DNA of 64,000 nt from Ministeria vibrans ATCC 50519. Lineage: Eukaryota > Protista > Filasterea. Below are positions 55,791 through 64,000 of this stretch, in pieces (position 1 is the stretch's first letter; each line of letters starts with the position of its first letter). Both the position numbers and the translations under genes were made by a program. The DNA is taken from contig CALSCP010000863.1 of assembly GCA_943704425.1 (NCBI GenBank), positions 1 through 64,000 on the forward strand. The letters are read 5' to 3'. A model generated the notes under the pieces. That model had not been told where the DNA came from and searched no databases. It was given only the letters and a program-made list of their open reading frames with translations.

Positions 55791-56661
55791 CTACGTAAGT
55801 TTCGTTTTGGTTTGGTTTGGTTTGGTTTGGTTTGGTTTGGTTTGTTTGGGGTTTTTTTTTTTNNNNNNNNNNTTTTTTTAATACCTCCCGAGCAGAAGGA
55901 GTCGAGTGCCCCCAATGATGCTGAATATGTCTCGTATCTCCCAACCCGCCGTACCAACCACCGCTACGATTTCGCTCACTGGAGAGAAAAAAGAAAAAGG
56001 TCAGAAGAGAAAAAAAACCCCCCGAATGTGTCTTACGGATCGTAGGAAGGCGGTTGCGGACGGGACGGGGCATCGGAGACAACATCATGGGAAGGCGCAC
56101 CATTATCAAGGGTGTGTGAAGGGGGCTGGGAAGGGGGGGTGGGTGCAATCGCTGTTTATAGGGTGTGTTGTGGGCTGTTCTCGGTCTCTCGCTGTTTCTC
56201 GGTCGCCCCAATGGGCGGGGCGGGGGCGGCTGCAAAGAACCAAAGACGAGTGCAAGAAGAGAGAACAACTATGATTAATGAAAAATCAAATTATTCAAAA
56301 TATAAAATTTTTCTTATCTGTTGATCGTCGAAAAAGTGGAGTTGATTTTTTGTGTTTTTTTTTTCTATAACACCCAATATGAATAAATTGGCCTGCGGGC
56401 GTCGGTGGCGGGCCGCCCGTGCCGCGTTTATTACAGGACAAGGCCGATCAGCCGAGTGGGTGAGAAGAGACGGCGAAGAGACGCGCGCAAAAAACGAGAA
56501 GGATCGACAATACAATTTGCATTTGCTTTTCCCTCTCAATTTCTCCCCACTCTTGCTGTTCTTCCTTCGGTTACACCACTTTGGTGGCTTTGCACACATA
56601 TCTGACAGCTTACAAAGATGAGGCGTTGTGTCTGTTTATAATTTGTACAATTTACTAAATT

Positions 56662-59598
56662 TTACGCATCATCTTCATCCGCATCATCTTCATCCGCATC
56701 GTCGTCGTCGTCGTTGTCGTTGTCGTCCGTCTCATTCGCCGAGTCGTAGACAAAATCAGCGTCGACAATGTTGCGGTTGATGCCACGGGTGGTGCGCGAC
56801 GAGGTGCGACTCGATTTGGGAGCAGTTGGACTCACAGTCCACGTCGCCGAAGTGTCCTTGCTGCTGGATGACGCACGCCGTGGCTTGGCAGGCGCAGTCG
56901 TCGTAGTAGTTGTCATCGTTGTGGTCGTCGTCTTCGGTGGTGGTTGTGATGACGGTGGTGGTGGTAGCTGCTTGGAGGAGGGATCTGCTCCCGCAGAGCT
57001 CTTGCTGCCGCTGCTGCTCTTCCGTCTCGCCGTCGGACTGTTCGTCGTCGTTGTGGACGTGAGGTCGTGCAGGATGCGTCCAAAGAGCTGTTGGTCGTCG
57101 ACACTGTCAAGGTTGACCATCTCACTGGCAAGGTAGGCAGAGGGGCGACGACGCGCACGACCACTGTGGCGCGACGGAGGCAGGGCAAAGAGCGACGGCG
57201 ACACTGACCGCTGTCGTTCACTCCCATCGCCATTCTCACCCTTTCCGCCCTGCTGCTTCACACCACTCATTCGCACACGCTTCTTCGCTGCTGCCGGCGC
57301 CTTACCCTTGCGATCCCGTCCCATCCGATACTCTCGCATCTCCGGGTCGTCCCCCTCCGTCTCCATCTCCCTATCCGCCTCACTCCGCTTCCTCTTCCCC
57401 CCGCGCCCTTCCTCTTCCTCCCTCTCCTCTTCCCCTTCTGCTCCGTCTCCCTTGGGCCCCACCAACGCCTTCTTCTTCTTCATCGTTGTCGTCGTGGTCG
57501 TCGCACTAGCACCCCCGCCCTTCGTCTTCTCCTCGTCGTCTGCCATAATCGGTAAGTACAGCACGGAGCGAGTCGCCGGGTCCTTGGCGCGTTCCTCCAT
57601 GCGTTTCCGTCGCTCCTCCAGCGACAGCGGCAGCAACAGGTCTCCATCGAGAATGTCCTCATCGCGAAACTCCTCCACAGGCAACGCTGCCACCGTATCC
57701 AGTGCTCGCTCGGTGCGCTCGGGATTCAGTCGCTGCTCTCGCTCAAACTTACTCTTGATTTGTCGTCGAGTGCGCGTCGGAAACAAATTGCGAATGAGTC
57801 CAAAATCAAGCCCACACTGTCTCAGTGCCAGATAGAACCGCTCCGTCTCCTCAATGCTCCATCGTGCACTTGGCTTGTGCTTGATGAAACTTCCGTATGT
57901 CGTCCGACTCTCCCTCTCCGTCACAGTACGTCCCATAAATTCGGCAGTGGGCTCCACTCGTCGCTCGGGCGGCGGTGCCTTGGCCTTGAGCGACGTCTGA
58001 TCCAGCGTGTACTTCCCGTCGATCATGGTCAGTCGCAGTGTCGCCTGTCCATCCCCTCCGTCGCCCGCACTACCACCATCGCCATTGCGACCCACACCCG
58101 TCCCTGCGCCGCCACCTGAGCCTCCCACTCCATCTTCCTTGCCCCCTCCACCACCTCCCCCATCACCACCCTCCCCCTGCCACTTCTGCTTCAACTTTTG
58201 CTTCTGTGTTGCCATCAGCGCATCCACCAAGGGCGTTCCAAGCAACTGCCGTGTCACCCGCTGCTGCATTTCACGCGTGAGATCCGCCTCCATCCGTTGC
58301 TGACTCCTCCGAAACTGCTTGCGTCCTGCCTCCTCCAGCATACTATCGTCGCCCAGGTAGTCCTCGTCCGCCTCGCCATCGTCATCCCCTCCTCCCAAAA
58401 AGAACGCCACCCCCCTATCCTTGTCCCCGCTCCCCTCGCCATCCTCGCCATCATCACCGTCGTCGACTGTGCGTCCCTTGTTTCGTCGCTTCACAAGCTC
58501 CGCCTCGTCTTCGCGGTGTCTTCGTTGTTTCTCCAACGTCTTGCGCACTCGTCGCCGCGTCACCTCCTTCAATCCTTCCCCTGTGCGTCGCCCTCGTCGT
58601 CGCCCTCGCTCAAGCGTCGATTTCATCTGTGAGCCGCGCGGGTTGAGACGTACCAGCTCGGCCATGGTCACCGACTCGAGATCTGTGTCCGCAGGCAAAA
58701 GTCGGTGGTTGATGCGCCGAGGTACGCGCACCACCGGTGCCGGGACCAGCATGGATGTGGTAGTCAAGCTCAACGCCGATGAAGAAGAAAGAGGAGCAGC
58801 AGCAGTAGTAGTAGTAGTAGCAGTAGTAGAAGTAGTAGTAGCAGCAGCAACAACAACAGCGGAAGTAGAGGAAGAGGCAGCAATGGGTGCCGTGGGCGTC
58901 TCAGACTCGATGCGTTCAGCGAGCTTCTCAATTGCTGTCGACAGGTCTGTCGTTGCAGTCGACGGAGGCACGGGCAAGTGCGTGGTCTTGGTTGTAGTAG
59001 ACGCGACACCTGCTGAGATGGCAGTGATGTTGGCGGGCGCAATGAGACCGGCCGCGTCCGTTTTGGACAGTGGCTGCGGACGGTTGATCTGCTCTAACAA
59101 CGACAAGTCGGGACTCAAGCTGCTCTGCGTTACAGTAGTAGTCGTAGGAGGAGGCGGAGAAGAAGAAGAAGAAGAAGAAGACAGCGGCAGTGCACTTCCC
59201 GTCGCTCTGCTCGTTGGCGCGCTTGTCTTTGCCGGTGTGGGGGCAGTGGTGACGCGAATGCTCGGTCGCACCACTCTGTAATCATCGTCGCTCTCTTCCT
59301 CATCGTCCTCTTCCTCGTCGTCGTCGTCGTCATCGTCGTCGTCGTCATCATCATCATCATCATCGTCGTCGTCGTCGTCGTCTCCACCGTCGTCATCCTC
59401 GTCGCCATCCCCCTCCTCCTCGTCGTCGTCGTCGTTGCTCCCAACGGCGTCAACATCCCGCATGACAGGCGGTCGTCGCACCACTTTCCGCTCGACGGCG
59501 CGCGGTCCAGGCACTGGTTTCGGAACAGAGGCCGCTGTCGGGGTGGGTGCGGCCACCACGACCGCACGGCGACCGACGGGTTTCGGAGCGGCGCTCAT
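56662..59598 (-). CDS. BDP1: RNA polymerase III transcription factor TFIIIB subunit B'' (BDP1), single exon
   Basis: TMAELVRLNPRG motif and the BDP1-type SANT domain TTYGSFIKHKPSARWSIEETERFYLALRQCGLDFGLIRNLFPTRTRRQIKSKFEREQRLNPERTERAL. Confidence 0.9.
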   Translation of the reverse strand: MSAAPKPVGRRAVVVAAPTPTAASVPKPVPGPRAVERKVVRRPPVMRDVDAVGSNDDDDEEEGDGDEDDDGGDDDDDDDDDDDDDDDDDDDDDDEEEDDEEESDDDYRVVRPSIRVTTAPTPAKTSAPTSRATGSALPLSSSSSSSSPPPPTTTTVTQSSLSPDLSLLEQINRPQPLSKTDAAGLIAPANITAISAGVASTTTKTTHLPVPPSTATTDLSTAIEKLAERIESETPTAPIAASSSTSAVVVAAATTTSTTATTTTTAAAPLSSSSALSLTTTSMLVPAPVVRVPRRINHRLLPADTDLESVTMAELVRLNPRGSQMKSTLERGRRRGRRTGEGLKEVTRRRVRKTLEKQRRHREDEAELVKRRNKGRTVDDGDDGEDGEGSGDKDRGVAFFLGGGDDDGEADEDYLGDDSMLEEAGRKQFRRSQQRMEADLTREMQQRVTRQLLGTPLVDALMATQKQKLKQKWQGEGGDGGGGGGGKEDGVGGSGGGAGTGVGRNGDGGSAGDGGDGQATLRLTMIDGKYTLDQTSLKAKAPPPERRVEPTAEFMGRTVTERESRTTYGSFIKHKPSARWSIEETERFYLALRQCGLDFGLIRNLFPTRTRRQIKSKFEREQRLNPERTERALDTVAALPVEEFRDEDILDGDLLLPLSLEERRKRMEERAKDPATRSVLYLPIMADDEEKTKGGGASATTTTTTMKKKKALVGPKGDGAEGEEEREEEEGRGGKRKRSEADREMETEGDDPEMREYRMGRDRKGKAPAAAKKRVRMSGVKQQGGKGENGDGSERQRSVSPSLFALPPSRHSGRARRRPSAYLASEMVNLDSVDDQQLFGRILHDLTSTTTTNSPTARRKSSSGSKSSAGADPSSKQLPPPPSSQPPPKTTTTTMTTTTTTAPAKPRRASSSSKDTSATWTVSPTAPKSSRTSSRTTRGINRNIVDADFVYDSANETDDNDNDDDDDADEDDADEDDA

Positions 59599-59726
59599 TT
59601 ATACGAAAAAGTTTGCGCTTTTGAACGGTCGCTCAATCAGCAACGGTCGACTGACGAATTGGCGATCAAAATGAGTAAATCCAATATTTATTTATTGGAT
59701 CGTGCTTTTTGTCACTGTCACATTGG

Positions 59727-60434
59727 ATGCCGCCTCCTGTGCCCCGCTACGGGCGACCGTTGGGAAAGCCGTACGTCATTCCAAGAATTGAATAAGACTT
59801 TTTATGAACATTTTGAGCGTCGCTGTAGCGACAACAAGGCGAATGCACGGTGCCAAAAGTGCCATCAGAAGGGCCATTGGACGTATGAGTGTCGTGCTGG
59901 AGAGCAGCCCTACTTATATCGTCAGTCTCGATCGGTAAAGAAGCGACCAGAGTTCGTCTTTCACTCTCTCTCACTCTCTCACTCTCTCTCACTTTCTCTC
60001 TCTCGTTTCCCGTTGCCCCTACCTTGATGTTCCTTTGACGGCCTGCATCATGGCATTCTCACCCCTTGCCGTGCATTGCGTCGCTTTCGTTTTCACAGGA
60101 GCTTCTCCGCAAGACAGGACAGCGTGCCGTCGTCTCACACACCGCTCCTCCACCCGACGTCGATCCGCGCGTGGCCGCTCCCACCACCGCCCTGCTCGGG
60201 TCGAAATCCAAAAGGAAACGTCGCGACTCGTCGTCGTCGTCGTCGTCGTCCGGCTCTTCCTCCAGCTCCGCCTCCTCCTCGTCCAGCCGCAGCAATGCGT
60301 CGTCGTCGTCGTCGTCATCATCAGCATCATCATCATCATCGGCGTCGTCCTCATCGGCCGCCTCTTCTTCTTCTTCCTCCTCCTCCTCCTCGTCGTCATC
60401 GTCGCGCAAACCAAAGCGCAAGCGAACGCGCTGA
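59727..60434 (+). CDS. ZCCHC10: Zinc-knuckle protein with a poly-Ser tail (ZCCHC10-like), 3 exons
   Basis: MPPPVPRYGRPLGKP|DNKANARCQKCHQKGHWTYEC...YLYRQSRS|ELLRK...SKRKRRDSSSSSS...RKPKRKRTR*. Confidence 0.8.
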
Positions 60435-60549
60435 TGGTCACTTGTACAATTTGCTTTCTTTTTTGGTTTCACAGTTTTCTTTTTCATTCTCATACACATT
60501 CACACACCAAGGCGTCCTCCAAGGTCTGCCATTTGCTCCGCCGCAGCGA

Positions 60550-61565
60550 CTACTCGAGCGGCACGGCGTTCTTCTGCGCCTTGAGCCAGGCCCGATAGTC
60601 TCGCAAGTTCATCACTTTGTCACCATAGTAGTCATCTGTTTGCCGGTCGCCGCTGCGCCGCTTCTCAAAGATGCGTCGAGTAAAATCTTCTTGGCGCTAA
60701 ATGGGCAAATGTCAGAAGAACAAGACTAGGGGGGGGNNNNNNNNNNNNNNNNNNNNNNNNNNNNNNNNNNNNNNNNNNNNNNNNNNNNNNNNNNNNNNNN
60801 NNNNNNNNNNNNNNNNNNNNNNNNNNNNNNNNNNNNNNNNNNNNNNNNNNNNNNNNNNNNNNNNNNNNNNNNNNNNNNNNNNNNNNNNNNNNNNNNNNNN
60901 NNNNNNNNNNNNNNNNNNNNNNNNNNNNNNNNNNNNNNNNNNNNNNNNNNNNNNNNNNNNNNNNNNNNNNNNNNNNNNNNNNNNNNNNNNNNNNNNNNNN
61001 NNNNNNNNNNNNNNNNNNNNNNNNNNNNNNNNNNNNNNNNNNNNNNNNNNNNNNNNNNNNNNNNNNNNNNNNNNNNNNNNNNNNNNNNNNNNNNNNNNNN
61101 NNNNNNNNNGAGTGACATAATGAGACAAATCGACTGAGTGAGTTTTTCGTGCAGTCTCTCAGTGTGAGTGTCGTACAAGAGTATTGGAACCTGTTCCTGG
61201 GGGATGAAGGGGTCGAAGAGCTGTGGAAAGAGGGTGGCTACGGTAAAGGCGGAGCCGGACGAGGCGCAGAAGGCGACGGGAACACCCGCGACACGCTGAC
61301 GAAGCACCAGCTACAAAGCAACGAGGGCATTGGCGGGGTCTGCGCACGCAACGCCCGGCCAGGCAAGCCGGCCTACCTTCTTGTGCAGCGCCCGGTACTC
61401 GGCAAAGGGCATTCGATCGGCTGGATACGGTGTGTTTTGCGCTGGCGTCGGTTCGACGGGCGGCGCACTTGGCACTGCTGCTGAGGCGCTGCTCGACGCC
61501 ATTGCCGATCGCGCGACACCGAGCCACAGCGTGCGAGGGGCAACTCTCGTTGTCGCGCGCAGCAT
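60550..61565 (-). CDS. PAM17: Mitochondrial presequence translocase-associated motor subunit PAM17-like (middle part lost in an N gap)
   Basis: Arg/Ala/Ser-rich presequence MLRATTRVAPRTLWLGVARS, then MPFAEYRALHKK|LVLRQRV plus a TM segment. The last exon RQEDFTRRIFEKR...DDYYGDKVMNLRDYRAWLKAQ matches the Pam17 signature DYYGEKIGSL..Y..WL. Confidence 0.8.
60737..61109. other. Assembly gap (N run); smaller gaps at ~10077, 23552, 29717-29806, 37949, 51297, 51858 and 55863
   Basis: Runs of N in the sequence. Confidence 0.99.
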
Positions 61566-61670
61566 TTAAATATGGAAATATTATTGTAATAATAATTATT
61601 GTCTAAAATCTAAATTTATTCAATTTATGTTCAATATTAATTTTGTCTGTTGTTCTTCATTTCAGCTTCG

Positions 61671-62794
61671 TTACAAATTGCTGTAGCTACTAGCGCCACC
61701 GCCACAGCAGCGAAACACAAAGAGAGCGCCCTCCTTGATGAGGCTGGGCAGATCCTTCCAGAACTCAATGTTGGGAAGTGCGTCGACGCCGCGCTTGTCC
61801 TCCTTGCGCACCTTGTAGATGGAGCCGAAGAGGAGATAGGTAGAGAGGCAGCAAAAGGCAAAGATGAGCATGATGGAACCCGGCGAGATGGTGGGTGTGA
61901 TGATGGACGGCGTGGGCGTGGGAGCCACGGTGCACGCATAGCCCGTCAGGAACGTCAGGTAGTACTGCCCCGAATTGGGCAGCTCTGTCGCTTCCATCGG
62001 CGGCCTCGTATCGCCGTTGCCCGGATCACAGATCAGCTGCACGTGTGTCTCGCGCGTGCCGTCTCCATAGTACAATAACTAACGACAATACGTTACATAT
62101 AAAAGAAGAAAAGAAAAAAAATTAGAAACTCTCTGTGTCTCTCGTCCTCACCTCAATGGCTTCTTTCCCTCCAATAAAGCTCGAGCTCCACGTCGCTGGG
62201 AACTGACCGATCATGAACTGTTGTGCACCATCTATGCTGATCTGACAGGCGGCAGCGCCGTCGGGGCAGCCTGTGCCCGACGAGACGCCATCGCAGAAGT
62301 TGTAGATGGCATTGTAGTCACCAAAGGTCCCCGAGTCTGCACAGACGAGAGAGAGTGAGTGAGTGAGTGAGTGAGTGAGAAGGAGAGGGCAAAAGCCACA
62401 GGCGATCAGTTCAATGGCCACAGTGCCGTGCCCCTGCACTGTGGCGACGCCCAGCGCGGCTGCATTGCGCTCCGTTGCGCCCACAGAGAGGAAAGAAGGA
62501 ATGCCATTTTTTCTCTCAATCTCTCTCTCTCTCTTTCGTCTTCACACAAATGAAAAAAAAAGAAAAGAAATCGAAAGGCACAGGAAGACATCAACTTACA
62601 AAATGTGCCATCGGTTCTTGTGAGTGGAGTGAGGTCGAACGTGTGGCCCGACGATGGATCTACAGAGTGTAAAGGGATGAGATGAATATTTTTTCTCTCT
62701 CGCTCAAATCACCTGTCCAGTCGCACTGTGCGACTGCAACAATCCCACTCACGTGACTTAACAAGCCAATGGCGACGAGGGTTCTAGTGAGCAT
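61671..62794 (-). CDS. Cation-dependent mannose-6-phosphate receptor / ATG27-family type I membrane protein
   Basis: Signal peptide; FDLTPL; YNFCDGVSSGTGCPDGAAACQ; YYGDGTRETHVQLICDP; YYLTFLTGYAC; TM segment ISPGSIMLIFAFCCLSTYLLFGSIY; GVDALPNIEFWKDLPSLIKEGALF; C-terminal YSNL (YxxPhi). Confidence 0.88.
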
Positions 62795-63070
62795 TTTATC
62801 AAGAATGAATGAAGTGAAGTGATATTAATTATGAATTTACAATCATTCATCATTGTGAATGAAATCCCACAAACTCTTAGCTATCCAGCTTCTTAGCCCT
62901 TAGGAGATCGGGATAAGTAGTATTAGTACTCTTACTAGTTCATGGCACAAGCATTGCATTACTCTTCGTTGTATCATAATTATGTTCAATTTTTCATCTT
63001 TTTCTAAAAAGTAAAACTTCATTAAAGCTTATCATTAATTATTTCTAAACTTCTTCTAATTTGAGTTATA

Positions 63071-63841
63071 ATGTTGAGGGGAAAGGTTGCGCTTGTGACA
63101 GGTGCCGCGAGCGGTCTTGGAATGGCGTTTTGTTACGCGCTGGCTCAAGAAGGCGCCACCGTACGTCAACAAACATCACAACAACAACATCCTTTGGGCT
63201 TCTCACTCCCCGCCGAACCCTTGCAGCTGGCCATGGTTGATATCAACAGGGACCTTGCTCAAAAGACTCGCGAGAGCCTGCAGGAGACCTTCAAGGGCAT
63301 GCGCGCTGAAGTGATTCCGACCAACGTCGCAGATCGCAGCCAACTCAAACGTACTTCCGCACTTCCCTTCCTCTCTCGCCCCGCGCCTCTCGTCTGCTCA
63401 CCGCGCCCCTCCGTGTGTGTTGCGTAGAGGCTTTTGACCAGGCCCACGCCCAGTTTGGGCGCCTCGACATCGTTCTGAACAACGCAGGAATCGCCGACGA
63501 GAAGAGCTGGGAGCGAATGGTCGCCATCAATCTGACGGCCGTCATCGACGGAACCTACTTGGCCTTTGACGCATTCCGCCGCCACGGCAACGGCGGCGTC
63601 GTGGTCAACACCGCGTCCATGGGTGGACTCATCGCCATGCCCTTTGCCCCCGTCTACGCCGCCACCAAGCACGGTGTGGTGGGCTTCTCGCGCTCCTTCA
63701 AGCCGCTGGCCAAGGCAGAGAATATCCGCGTCAACGCACTCTGCCCCTCGTTTGCAGACACTCCCCTGGTGGCACACGGCATGAAGGAAGACACGATATT
63801 CAAGTAAGCAAAGCTGCCGTACCACCACCAAACCAACGGCC

Positions 63842-63877
<36 letters not shown>

Positions 63878-64000
63878 GCAGAGCGGTTGTGCGTGGCGAA
63901 ATGGGCCAAGAACTGCTGTCACCGGCTCTTGTCGCCGAGGGGATGCTACAACTTGTCACAAACACCGATCATGTACTCATGCAAGAGAGAAACAACGCCT
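63071..64000 (+). CDS. Short-chain dehydrogenase/reductase, 15-hydroxyprostaglandin dehydrogenase-like (partial, runs off the right edge)
   Basis: GKVALVTGAASGLG, FGRLDIVLNNAGIADEKSWE, VNTASMGG, PVYAATKHGVVGFSRS (YxxxK) and IRVNALCPSFADTPL. Confidence 0.9.

Noticed and set aside
59659-59726. ATG at 59671 as the ZCCHC10 start
   Set aside because: Its possible donor is phase-incompatible with the zinc-knuckle exon; the ATG at 59727 gives a phase-compatible exon.
60701-61307. ORFs composed of X
   Set aside because: They span the N gap.

Overview
This is gene-dense, intron-rich eukaryotic DNA from a draft scaffold with several N gaps. It uses the standard genetic code and canonical GT-AG introns, and is probably from a flagellated unicellular opisthokont-type protist (inference). 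I reconstructed about 28 protein-coding genes by manual splicing. In order: WDR11 (runs off the left edge), an SLC49/MFSD7 MFS transporter, DMAP1/SWC4, two tandem divergent heat-shock-factor (HSF)-type genes, a DUF3684 GHKL-ATPase/CUE/HEXXH giant protein, a GH35 beta-galactosidase in two pieces, an inhibitor-2-like gene, a triple-repeat EF-hand protein, the 5' half of SAM50, L-fucokinase, AFG2/SPATA5, a small membrane protein, a TALPID3-like protein, TMEM205-like, KIAA0825-like, a 2-LIM CRP, vanin/biotinidase, Rxt3/HDC1, Flower, an orphan with a 396-bp internal duplication, BDP1, ZCCHC10, PAM17, M6PR/ATG27 and an HPGD-like SDR (runs off the right edge). The most notable observations are: (1) an HSF paralog pair, invisible in the ORF track, with matching intron positions, altered DNA-recognition helices and no evident trimerisation coil; (2) the adjacent GHKL-ATPase/CUE/zincin protein; (3) an apparent assembly chimera joining SAM50 to beta-galactosidase at a (CT)n tract; (4) strand-polarised intronic (CT)n and CTCACTTTGTTTCT arrays; (5) recurring promoter motifs in very short head-to-head intergenic spacers. 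All family calls rest on recalled motif similarity; no database search was run.
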